64,000 nucleotides of DNA from NCBI RefSeq assembly GCF_006345805.1, contig NC_043006.1, positions 77,376,001-77,440,000 on the forward strand, written 5' to 3'. Origin of the DNA: Octopus sinensis (lineage: Eukaryota). The position numbers and the translations under genes were made by a program. Positions 41,270-52,840 of the stretch are shown piece after piece; position 1 is the stretch's first letter; every line of letters starts with the position of its first letter. The notes beneath the pieces are model-generated. The model ran no database searches. It saw nothing but the letters and a program-made list of their open reading frames with translations, and had not been told where the DNA came from.

Positions 41270-42560
41270 TTAACTGTGTTTCCCTGTTTGCAAATACAGA
41301 ATGGAATATGTCCTGGAAGAAAATCTATGACTCAGCACCAGCTGTTCCTGATTCTTTTGGCATACAGACAAGAAACATACTCGGTAGCTGCAGTAGAGAT
41401 CTCAATCAGAAAATCAAATTTCATGTTTAGAGTCTAGTTGTAAATACAGACAGGAAGATGGTGTAACGGATAAGATCACTGTGGTCAAGAGAAGCGAGCT
41501 AAGCATTAAATTTTGCCCGACTATAAATTGAAATCTGTTACAAATTTCACTGCACAAGTCCAACGAATTCATCAAGAATTTCATGGAAGCAATCGAAATA
41601 TATTGGTTTTTACATGTCAACAAGCACATGAGGTCATTAAATTCCCAATGTAGAATAAGTGAGTTGCTCCGTGTTCTTCGCTTTGGTAACGGCCATGCCA
41701 TGAGTAACTGGTTTGTTCTGTTTCAACACTTATGGGTCGTTGACTAAGTCCGATAACGCTTCCCTTTCTCCTTTAACAAAATTATTGAAATTAGAGATTT
41801 CCATTCTCAAGACAAATTGTTTACAAAAGGTGAAATCCACCACAGATTGCAATATTCAAGTCCAAATCTGCCAGGATTTGTTAAGAATCAATACGCACAT
41901 TATCACGGAGATATTGTGGAGTTCCATATAAAGCTACCCCGGAATATCGATTTACAAACGGAAGAAAGCATAACGGGGTTATGCGACACCATTTTCGAAA
42001 TTTTTAATGGGAACCTACGCAAACATTTATGCTTTATGCTTGGGTGAACGGGATATAATTTCTTAGATTACTGATAGTGTGATCAATCGTGAATCTGTTC
42101 TTATTGCCAAAATTTCAGTCCATAGGAACTTACGAAGTGAAAGAGGACTCCATTCCAGATTTCGCCAAGTTTAAAAGGAATATTGCAACTGCAAAATCTA
42201 TAATCGTTAAATAGCTAACCGATATATTGGACAAAGGTATTGATGTAAGAATGGGATCCGGGTATTGTACCGGTGTCCCGTTTTATGAAAATTCAAATGA
42301 ACTATGAGATAGAATTCCATCTTGATATTCAAAGGGCGTAGTTTTCGGCGAAAACTACATTAACAATAACTGTTCGAAGGTCAAAATCGGGCAAGAATGG
42401 AACCTATCTATACATTGCCTTTTGCCACCCTCTTTGCTCAACCAAGCGACCTGTAAATATAATAACTGTTGTCGCTATCATAGCTAAATCCACGTTAGCT
42501 GCGTTGAATAATATATGGAATTTTCACCTCACTATCTTCGAAAAATACTTGATGGGAATA
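41270..42560 (+). pseudogene. Possible highly degraded LINE reverse-transcriptase sequence
   Basis: QNGICPGRKSMTQHQLF at about 41297 resembles QNGFRPGRST; IIAKSTLAALNNIW at 42477-42518 resembles RIAKAxxAxxxLxxIW. Frames are broken, spacing is longer than expected and no YADD is visible. Confidence 0.25.
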
Positions 42561-42658
42561 TCTTTTAGGCCCACAGAAATTTGACTGAGCACGGTTACAA
42601 TCTCTTACTGAAACAAATAGGAAGGGAAAGTTTTGCTAATGTATATATACATACATAT

Positions 42659-42737
<79 letters not shown>

Positions 42738-43084
42738 ATATATATATTATATATATATATATTTGTAAAAAAGAAGTTTGAAAACGCCACTATATTATAT
42801 CAATTTTAGGATCTTTTCAATTCTGAAGCCAGGACCACAGATCTTTCTACTTAACTAAATATTCTGAAACTTCGTATGCTGATAGAGTCTAGCAAAACAA
42901 GACACAGGTTGGAACTAGTTTATTTGAGAAAAATCTATTTTATGACTTTAATCGTAGATTAAAACTGCGAATTTTAACCAATCAGATTGTTTGTTTTCAT
43001 GTGTAAAACTTGACTGCATTCTATTAGTGTGACGTAGAAAGCGCTTTTGTGACGTACTAACGTTCGGAAAACTGTAAACAAACA

Positions 43085-43151
43085 CAGAACGTAACGGCAG
43101 ACGAAATACGGCTACGCATTTCGCCCGGCGCGCTAACGTTTCTGCCAGCTC
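43085..43151 (-). mobile_element. SINE family C, tRNA-like head only
   Basis: Reverse complement of GAGCTGGCAGAAACGTTAGCGCGCCGGGCGAAATGCGTAGCCGTATTTCGTCTGCCGTTACGTTCTG. Confidence 0.75.
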
Positions 43152-43799
43152 TTTGCTTTTTTAATATTAAATTTCTTGCCTTTTGCACAAATAAATACAA
43201 TAAGTGAAATGAAACGCATTAGCTTAGAAACGAAATCTTGTTAGAAGCCTCGTCACTGAGATGCCACTTCTTAATAGCAAACGAAAGCAAGTACTAACAG
43301 AATGGAAACATTTTCAATTTAATACATGTGGCTTATTAACTAGTTTTAAATATTGTTATTAGAAGGTGGCTGACTATAGGATCCTGGAAACATGAGTACG
43401 TTAAATAATTAGAAGGAGATTTCACGGAAACATGAGGCTTGTTTACATTTAAGATGTTTAATACGTCACCAAATTGGTGGTCGAGACGGAGTAAATAAAA
43501 TAAAGCCGAACGACGGAATATCATTGGTTAAAATTCTGATTATTAAACAACGTTAAACTTAGAAGTTACAATTCCGTTTTCATTCTGGTTTACAATTAAG
43601 TTTACTTTTGACACATTCTACCAGTATACGAAGTTTCAAATTGTTTGGTTCAGTAGGAAAAATTTGAAAAACTGGCTTCAGAATTGAAAAGATCCCAATT
43701 TTAATTTTCTTATGAATTTTACATGTTTCGGCTCTTGAAAAAACGAACCTTATCAAAAATATTTAAAAAGTAAAGTGTAATGGAAAAGTTCGTAACTTT

Positions 43800-44280
43800 T
43801 TCTTACTGGTCTCAATAGAATCCATGTGGTGGTGTTTTGTCGGTAGTAGGTATAATAGTTATAAATTTCAAGTTGACTGTAGTAAAGAAGTTCATTATTG
43901 TTTCTTGCTGGTATCAACGGAATCCACGTGGTTGTTTTGAATGACCCGCGACTGAAATGGTAGCAGCAGTAGTGACTGTTGATTGTAGTAGTAGTAACCG
44001 TTGTGGTGGTGGTTGGGGTTGCAGCAGCTCAGCTGTGACAGTCTTAGTAGCAGTAGGATGACCAGTGACTGAAATAGCAGTAGTAGCAGTTACTGTTGGT
44101 CGTAGTAGTGGTAACCGTGGTGGTGGTTGGGATTGTAGCAGTTAAGCTGTGGCCGTAGTAGCAGCAGTAGTAGTGGTGAGACTGTTGATGGTAGCAGCAA
44201 TAGTAGTGACCACGGTGGTTGTAGTAGCAGTGATAGTGGGAGCAGTCGTAGTGATCGTGGTGGTTGTGGTAGAATTCCAT
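43800..44280. repeat. Degenerate GTA/GTG-rich tandem duplications (about 102 and 116 nt periods)
   Basis: 43800-43839 resembles 43902-43939; 43940-44040 resembles 44057-44156. Confidence 0.7.
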
Positions 44281-44547
44281 TTTTCTTTTCGGAAGACCAA
44301 TGTTTTGTTTTAATATTCCTGGCCCAGGGTGTTCAAACTTGGTCTAAATTTTTTAATGAAATAAAGTTCTTTATTTTGGCGTTGAGTGAAGGTAACGCTG
44401 TCACTGAATTTGTAAAGTGGGCAAGTTGTAAATTTCGGATTTTTATTTGAAGGGCATCTATCTATGTGTCCGCTGACTGGTATTTTCCGGTATTCAGGGT
44501 TTCTAATTTGGGATTTATGCACCGCCATCATTTTACGTAAGCTGTTT

Positions 44548-44594
<47 letters not shown>

Positions 44595-44644
44595 TATATT
44601 TATATATTCAAACCTGCATAATGCATATATATACATGTATGCAT

Positions 44645-44688
<44 letters not shown>

Positions 44689-45093
44689 ATATACATGTAT
44701 ATATGTATGCATGCATGTATATATACATATATATATACATATATATACATATATATATATACATATATATACATATATATATATACATATGTGTGTGTGT
44801 GTGTGTGTGTGTGTGAGTCAGCCTGAAAGTATTTATGCTTACTCTTTTAGTTCTTTCAGTCATTTGACTGCGGCCAACCTGGAGCACAGCCTTTAGTCGA
44901 GAAAATCAATCCCAGATATTATTCTTTGTGAGCCTAGTACTTATTCTATCGGTTCTTTTGCCGAACCGCTAAGTTACGGGGATGTACGCACACCAGCATC
45001 GATTGTTAAGTGACGTTTGGGCGAGAAACACAGACACACAAACATATACACATACATGCACACACACAGACACACAAACATATACACATACAT

Positions 45094-45151
<58 letters not shown>

Positions 45152-45341
45152 GTAGGTCCCGGGTTGAGTCGGGGTTAACCACAGTAAATAAGGTACTCAA
45201 TACATAGCTGAGTAAAGTAATTTATTTTATAGAAGGAGCTTCTACAGGACTAGAACTGTTTCATTCAGATGAAATCTTCAGGAAGCTGAAGCTGAAGAAT
45301 GAAACAGTTCTAGTCCTGTAGAAGCTCCTTCTATAAAATAA
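45152..45341 (-). mobile_element. Penelope-like retroelement 3' remnant with an inverted 5' duplication, inserted in the (TA)n linker of a SINE B copy
   Basis: Hammerhead followed by AATAAA and a short tail on the minus strand; 45-bp perfect inverted duplicate; (TA)n on both sides; the host SINE resumes at about 45355. Confidence 0.65.
45237..45287 (-). ncRNA. Type I hammerhead ribozyme motif
   Basis: Minus strand reads AGCTTC-CTGAAGA-TTTCATCTGAAT-GAAA-CAG-TTCTAGTC-CTG-TA-GAAGCT: 6-bp helix I, CUGANGA core, short helix II (U-U at its base), 4-bp helix III and a GUA cleavage triplet. Confidence 0.7.
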
Positions 45342-45709
45342 TATATATATATATATATACGACGGGCTTCTTTCTGTTTCCGACAACCAAATCCACTCAC
45401 AAGGCCTTGGTTGGTCCTATGCTATAGGTGAAGACACTCGCCCAAGGTGCCATGCAGTGGGACTGAACCCGGAACCATGTGGTTCGTAAGTAAGCTACTT
45501 ACTACACACCCACTCTTACGCCTATAACTATATATATTTGCTATGAAACTGCTACATTTCTTTCATTTGTGTAAACTATTTCGAGTGAGAAATCTTTAAC
45601 ATTTTTGTTAAAAACAATTTCTTTTCTTTGCGCTGAATTATTATATCTTATACGTATATATTATTCTTATTTTCAGTATGAATATCAATGCCTCCGGCAA
45701 TATCCTTAT

Positions 45710-45787
45710 CCATCATCATCATCATCATCATCATCATCTCCATCATCGTCATCATCGTCACCATCGTCACCATCGTCATCATCATCA
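45710..45787. repeat. (CAT)n with CGT/CAC variants
   Basis: Direct reading. Confidence 0.9.
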
Positions 45788-46373
45788 TTTTATTTTCACG
45801 TATACAGACATACACATTTATATGCACACACAAGCACGTATATGTGTATTTATCTACATTTATACAATCACTCACACGTATAGACAAGCGTGTATAAATA
45901 TATATATATATATATATACTTAAAAAAACATTTACTTAAGATGTTCTCTTCGAAATCTAATGACTGAAGGTTACCTCACATACCATAAATATTTACACTT
46001 ATACACACGCACACACACACACACACACTAACACGCACATACGTATTTCGTAACAAAATTATGTATTCGCAGTCCGTGTTCACGATTTACATCTCCGTTC
46101 TTCAACGAACAGAATGCTTGTTTGCGAAAATAACGGGTACATATGCACGTAAATTCATTCCAAATCCTACCTAACGTAAATTAGCCTGATAACAGTAGGT
46201 CTTTGACCTATCTAGAGGGAGAAGGTATGGAAAAGAGAATGGAAGAGAAAGAAAATAAAACAGACTCCAATGATGACGTTCGGAGCAGACTTACTTGAAA
46301 GAGAAAAATAAAAATAAGAATAAAAAGATAGATAAATATATAGAGAGAGACTGACTGACTGACTGATAGATAT

Positions 46374-46510
46374 CTCTTGTTTAACTTGTTTCAGTCATTG
46401 GGTTGCGGCCATGCTGGGGCAATGCCTTAAAGTAGTTAACTGAACAACCCATTCGGGATATATTTTTAAGTCTGGTTCATATGTTATCGGTTTGTTTTTC
46501 CCGAGCCGCC
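46374..46510 (-). mobile_element. Old SINE fragment sharing the family B 3' tail
   Basis: ACTTGTTTCAGTCATTGGGTTGCGGCCATGCTGGGGCAATGCC. Confidence 0.55.
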
Positions 46511-46986
46511 ATTTATACTATTTTCAATATACCTTATAATATTTCGATTGATGTTAGAGGATTTTAATCGACACTTCTTTCGAGAAAGAAAGAGAAAGAG
46601 AGAAGTAGGAGGGAGAGACAGATAGAAGGTGATGAATATTCAGAGGTGGACGGACACAGAGGCAGAGGTAAAGTATTGTTCAATTAAGTATGAAACTGGT
46701 ATCTTATCGATCTCTGAAGGAATACAGAATTGACGTTGACCTTAGCAAATCTGAGCTCAGAGAGGCGAGTGCTGGAGAGTAAATGACATAAAAATTCTAT
46801 TTGATGCTGTAACAATTCTGCTTTCCTCCACGCGGATTACTAGTAATAAATAATCACTAATGAACGTGTAGTTCTATATATTATTGCATACGTACAAGCT
46901 TTTGAACACATTCAGTTAGGTATGTAAGCTTAAAATGTAAATTTTTTTCGTATTAGAGTTTGCAATTCTCCATGTTACAGTAAATA

Positions 46987-47552
46987 TTGGATTATCCGGA
47001 AAGTTCGTGCTGATTTATAGTAGCTTACATTTCGACTTATTTTAAAACATGGTTAAGCCCATAAAATAGGATTTGACTACACCTCCATTTAGAGCAAAAT
47101 TTGAGCTATCTTTCCGTGGAAGAAGGTTTATGTTCCTATAACTTGTGTTAATTCTGTAACCCTTTAAAATGGAAGATAAGAAAGTTCCTTTTCGGCACTT
47201 GATGCTTTGGGAACCAGACAAAAATTGTTGCAGCTCGGCTGGGATGTGTTACCCCACCCTCCATATTCACCAGATATTGCTCCTTCGGATTTGCACTTAT
47301 TCGGGTCACTGCAGAATAGCCTTAATGGTAAAAATTTCAATTCCTTGAATGACGTAAAAAGATACCTTGATGGATTCTTTGCCATGAAACCACCCCAATT
47401 CTGGGAAGAGGGTATTTTCAAGTTAAAGGAAAGATCGAGAAGCATTGTGCAACAAAATGGTTCATATTTGGTTGATTTAAAATGTAATGGCAAAAATTTA
47501 TTAACATTTCCCTTTCCTTTAAAAATCGGCATGAACTTTCTGGACAACTCAA
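46987..47552 (+). mobile_element. Internally deleted mariner (Tc1/mariner DD34D) transposon with both TIRs
   Basis: TIRs TTGGATTATCCGGAAAGTTCGTGCTGATTT (46987-47016) and the reverse complement of TTGAGTTGTCCAGAAAGTTCATGCCGATTT (47523-47552); TA on the left, TG on the right. ATG 47169 gives MEDKKVPFRHLMLWE, fused out of frame to TRQKLLQLGWDVLPHPPYSPDIAPSD...NGSYLVD. Confidence 0.92.
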
Positions 47553-50249
47553 TGCAATACCTGTTTACATAAAGTTGTTACCGTGACTTATCTGCAAATA
47601 TGTGTTTCAGATTTGATTGAATTCCTTTGTATAAGGAATCATTCTAACACTCATTTTCACAACAGAATGATTCGAAAGCAGAAGCCTTTTTATATTCAAG
47701 GACTGTTACAATGTACTTTTACAAATATCGATAATTTAAGGCTGATTTTGGAAACTCTCCACTGATTAGTTTATGAACTATTGCAATATACAAAACTTCG
47801 TTTCTCCATTGTGGTCATTTGCCTATAATAGAAACCTTATCCCACTGTTGCATTCAATTTCTATTCTCAGAACCTACATTTTCTATCAAACTTTAAGTTT
47901 GATTAGAGCACGGCCTCGTTGTGTACTTCTATACACAATTGCCTTCAAGTTTTCTATTATTCCACGATCTTTCATCTGTGTTTGATACTGATGCGGTGTT
48001 ATTGACAACGGATATTTCGTATTATTTCAGTCGAATTTATATTAAAGATAGAGGTAATCGAATTGGCTGTCCAATTGAATTGATCTAAGGGGTTCCAGTT
48101 CCTGTTCGAACAAACAAAAGAAAGTTGACACGGTTATTCGATCTGATAGAATAACAAGGAAATCTCCTTCAAACCCTATGCTACCAGCTTAAAAATATAT
48201 GGTCTCATTGGATAATATAGTTGTAATTATAAGAAAACTAGAGTTATCAATGCTGCAATATCTTTGACCATGAAAGGAGTTGATTAGATCTGAACTGGAG
48301 TGAAAAGAACAAATGAAAAGTCAGAATCCCCAATAAGACATGGGCTCATGTAATATGCATTACATGCTTGTCATGTATTCTTGTGATCATTATATGCTCT
48401 CACAGAATTCGTAATATGCATAGCACATAATCTCTATTACAGTATATAATCAAAATTCCTTAGTTTTTTTTTCTTTTCTTATTATTTTGTGAAAGAAGAA
48501 AGGAAAGGTTACTGACTCTCCTCAGTGATTGACGGACGAGAGAACAAACTTAACCCCAGTCCAGATGCTTGTTCCAAATTCTCGGCTATCATGGAATAAT
48601 TGGCAGAGGAGTTTCTTCAACGTTTTGAGGGATTAATGCTATCGCATAAGCTGATAGATCTTTCCGACAACTTTCTACACAGTTTCTGCCCATCAAATTT
48701 AGTTCACAATGCTTAGATTGAACTGATGCTTGTAGGATTGAACCAGAAACCACTTAAATGCAATACGAAATTTTAATATGCACAATCATGCCTACGCTCA
48801 TTCCTCAATGTTTTCTTGGTTCGAATTATTTTACGTTGAATTTCCGAGTATTCTTTCATTGTTCTTTATATTTGTTGAGAATTTTCAGATAAAATACAAA
48901 TCTGTATTAAGTAAAACATTTGAACACCACAATGTATCAGTGTATGGTAGGTACATTTTAACAAATTCTCTATGAACAGTGCATTTATTTGAGTCATCGA
49001 TCAATTAATGTATATTACTGTTTAGTAGCCTGCATTGATTTGGATGCTCAATTTGTAGCGTCTTATTTATGACAAAGAACATAATGAATATTAATATACC
49101 ATGCTTTACACAGTATCGTCCTGTATACGTCTGTAAAACCTCATCTTTGACCACTATGTTTTCATACATAAATCTATAATAAAAACTGAATGTGTTCCTT
49201 GAAGCAATTCTTATTAATTTAGCAGCTATCTCCTGCAATAACAACAACAAGGGCAAGTGTCAATGTTTAGGAAACAGAATACAATATTCGAAACACCTGG
49301 AGCTACTTCAGTATCTACTCCATTATGTATTACACAAATATATATCAGTATCGAAATGCATTATGTGCAGCATCAACTCTTATTGTCACAAAGGCTATTG
49401 CAAATATATTCATTTATATCATTGTGATGGTTGACATGATTTAATTTGAATTTCTTCAACGTAATCAATCAGAAAACAACAATGGTATGAAGCCTGAACT
49501 AGAAGTCTAAATTCAGTTAAAGGAAAGCCCGGAAGGAAATAATTGCTTTCATTTCCTGTGTAGTGGCTCGATTTCATAAAAACTGCAGGTTGGGACAATG
49601 AATAATATGACTGTGGCTTTCAAAGGATGGCGTAGGTGGAATTAATTGACGTTATTTGTAGAAATGATTACAAGAACCAGCTTTCGGCGTAGACTCAATA
49701 CTATTAATATCAGGAACATCAAAACACTAAAGATACTTAATATTGACGCAAAGCCATACGTTTTTTACAAGGCGTTGTATGTAAACAAGATGAGGACTAT
49801 TTCAACATGAACAAAATAAGGAAAATCACTGATACATGATTAACTCTCAACAAATAGAGGAGACCTTATTAATTACGTCAAAATCTTTACTAATACAATT
49901 AATTATATCAATGAGCCGATAACGCAAAACAGCAGTAAAACACTATAATAGATACTCTCAATTTCTCATAATTATTTATTTAAAAGAAAACGGTAAATCA
50001 ATTTGCGGATTGCAAAAATCGTAACGAAAAGTAAGTTTTGCAAATAATGAGAGCAACAAGAACTATATATTTCCCATTTTCAATTCTTCATCATTCATAA
50101 ACATACTGGGCAGAAAACACACATACAGGGTTGAAAGAACAGAAACCAATGAAGTATAAAGTAGTCGAAAAAATTTAACGCAGCCTGGAAAATATTATAA
50201 AAAGAAATCGAGAAAATTTAGCGCAGCCTCAGAAATAATATAGATTCTC

Positions 50250-50837
50250 GCTGGCAGAAACGCTAGTACGCCGAGCGAAATGCGTAGCCGTATTTCGTCT
50301 GCCGTTACGTTCTGAGTTCAAATTCCGCCGAGGTCGACTTTGTCTGCCATCCTTTCGGAGTCGATAAATTAAGTACGAGTTATGCACTGGGGTCGATATA
50401 ATCGAATTAATCCCTTTGTCTGTCCTTGTTTGTCCTCTCTGTGTCTAGCTCCTTGTGGGTAGTAAAAAAATAGGTATTTCGTCTGCCGTTACGTTCTGAG
50501 TTCAAATTCCGCCGAGGTCGACTTTGCCTTTCATCCTTTCGGGGTCGATAAATTAAGTACACGTTATGCACTGGGGTCGATGTAATCAATTTAATCTCTT
50601 GTCTGTCCTTGTTTGTCCTCTCTGTGTCTAGCTCCTTGTGGGTAGTAAAAAAATAGGTATTTCGTCTGCCGTTACGTTCTGAGTTCAAATTCCGCCGAGG
50701 TCGACTTTGCCTTTCATCCTTTCGGGGTCGATAAATTAAGTACACGTTATGCACTGGGGTCGATGTAATCAATTTAATCCCTTTGTCTGTCCTTGTTTGT
50801 CCGCTCTATGATTAACCCTTTGTGGGCAATAAAGAAA
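50250..50837 (+). mobile_element. SINE family C head followed by three tandem bodies (about 184-nt period)
   Basis: GTATTTCGTCTGCC restarts at 50290, 50474 and 50657. Confidence 0.9.
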
Positions 50838-51175
50838 GAAGATTCTCTTAGACAATTAAGGCACAGGGATAATGCAGACAACAGAGTCACACATCGCTGC
50901 AAAGGGAAATGGAGACTCAATCATTACGGTGATAAAGGAATTTTGACTTCTATCAAATAAAGTCAGAACTGCAATATTGTATGTGTTGTCAGTTTAATGA
51001 GAGCAGTCGTAATACTTGCCGTATCTCCAATATGCTTCCGTCTGAATACTTCATCGAAAGTGACAGCGTCACTACGTAATTTCATTGGAAGACGTATATG
51101 AAAATAGAAGGAACAATTCCTGAGAAGCGCACGACGATATTCCTATGCTAGGAAATAAATCGAAGAAAAATGGTA

Positions 51176-51345
51176 TGCCGTTACGTTCTGAGTTCAAATT
51201 CCGCCAAGGTCGACTTTGCCTTTCATCCTTTCGGGGTCGATAAATTAAGTACAAGTTATGCACTGGGGTCGATGTAGTCAATTTAATCCCTTTGTCTGTC
51301 CTTGTTTGTCCGCTCCATGATTAACCCCTTGTGGGCAATAAAGAA
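51176..51345 (+). mobile_element. SINE family C body, 5'-truncated
   Basis: Shares unit-3 variants and 24 nt of 3' flank. Confidence 0.88.
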
Positions 51346-51519
51346 AAAAAATTCTCTTAGACAATTAAGGCACATCTAATTTAAATTCCATACGGTGAGA
51401 GATTTGTATAAATATTTTATCAATAATTCATTTGATACTCTACAATCTCTACTCATAGGAATAGCTCGGCCTGAACATGCAGCAATTGTATTAAACGCTC
51501 ATAAATAGTTAGCTCAAAA

Positions 51520-51735
51520 CATAGGGCTGAACATAGAGGGGACAAACAAGGACAGACAAACAGATTAAGTTGATTACATCGACCCCAGTGCGTAACTGGT
51601 ACTTAATTTATCGACCCCGAAAGGATGAAAGGCAAAGTCGACCTCGGCGGAATTTGAACTCAGAACGCAGTAGCGGACGTAATAACACAAAGTATTTCGC
51701 GCGGCTTGCTAACGTTTCTGCCAGCTCGCTGCCTT
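51520..51735 (-). mobile_element. SINE family C, inverted copy
   Basis: Reverse complement of a family C element including the head. Confidence 0.88.
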
Positions 51736-52101
51736 ATTTTATCGTTTCTGTAACACAACTATTCGTTAGCACATCTGTAGTACATAGAAGAAAGTGCTTA
51801 TCGGCCTTTCCTTCATTTTAATATTCAGACTTCCAAATTCGACTTTTACTTTCATCCTCTCACTGCCGATAAAATAGGTACCAGTACAAAACTGGTCTCT
51901 ATATAATCGACTAACCCCACTCCTACGATAATTTCAAGCCTCGTGCCATGTGTAAAAAGGACTTTCTTCTACTACCACTTCTTCTTCTTCTTCTTCTTCT
52001 TTTTCTTCTTCTTCTTCTTCTTCTTCTTCTTCTTCTTTTCTTCTTATTATTATTATTATTATATTATTATTATTATATTATTATTATTATTACTATTATT
52101 A

Positions 52102-52554
52102 TTGAGTGAGAGAGAGAGCAGTGCATACAATCTAAGTGACACTGGGGTAAAATATACGAAGCCCAGTATACCCATCATGATTACCCATCTGATAAGGATA
52201 CACCCGGCACATGCATCAAAACCATCTCATATCAAGATAAACAGCACATGACCTTGCAGGTAGGGCCCAGTTAGAATTTTCTTCTGGTCAAGTAACCCAT
52301 CCCGCTCAAAAGGTCTCTGAATAAGGGTTGCTTAAGGATGTTGAATGAGCCACCCATGTTTCCAAAGGTGAATTATTCAAGCCCCAAAGAATCTCTCTCA
52401 ACACATGACTACGATGCCCCACCCCACTACTTCTGCTCGTGATCAGAGATACACATATCGTCAGCCACCAAGGGATATGCTCAACTGGTTAAAGTAAAAA
52501 ATCTGACAAGCAAATCTGTGGTATTGAGCAGAATACTTGCTGTAGCCCATCTTT
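52102..52554 (-). mobile_element. Retroposon (LINE 3' end or SINE) with an (AAT)n tail, family unassigned
   Basis: Complex, more GC-balanced block; the minus strand ends GCACTGCTCTCTCTCTCACTCAATAATAAT...; flanked by triplet repeats. Confidence 0.5.
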
Positions 52555-52634
52555 ATTATTATTATTATTATCATTATTATTATTATTATCATCATCATCA
52601 TCATTATTATTATTCTCATCATTATAATTATTAA

Positions 52635-52840
52635 GCGAGCAAGATTGTTGATTCTTCAGATGAAATGCCAGGCGGCATTCTTACTGACTCTTCAGGTTCT
52701 GAGTTGAAATCATGCCGAAGATGACACTCTCTTTCATCTCTTCTGTTCGATAACATAAATATCAATTGAGCACAAGTGTCGATGTAATCGACTGACCCGT
52801 TTCCCCTAAAATTGTTGGCTTACTGCCAAATTTTTAAAGA
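52635..52840 (+). mobile_element. Old degenerate family C-related SINE
   Basis: TTCTGAGTTGAAATC...CTTTCATC...GTCGATGTAATCGACT...AAAATTGTTGGC. Similar relics at about 1779-1913, 10040-10212, 20080-20194 (minus), 25746-25850 and 51820-51960. Confidence 0.55.

Larger units (their letters stand above)
44838..45523 (-). mobile_element. SINE family B interrupted by the Penelope-like insertion
   Basis: 3' half at 44838-45035, expanded linker, insertion at 45152-45341, 5' half at 45355-45523. Confidence 0.85.

Noticed and set aside
50250-50837. CRISPR-like or satellite array
   Set aside because: Units are contiguous SINE bodies with no unique spacers, and the DNA is eukaryotic.
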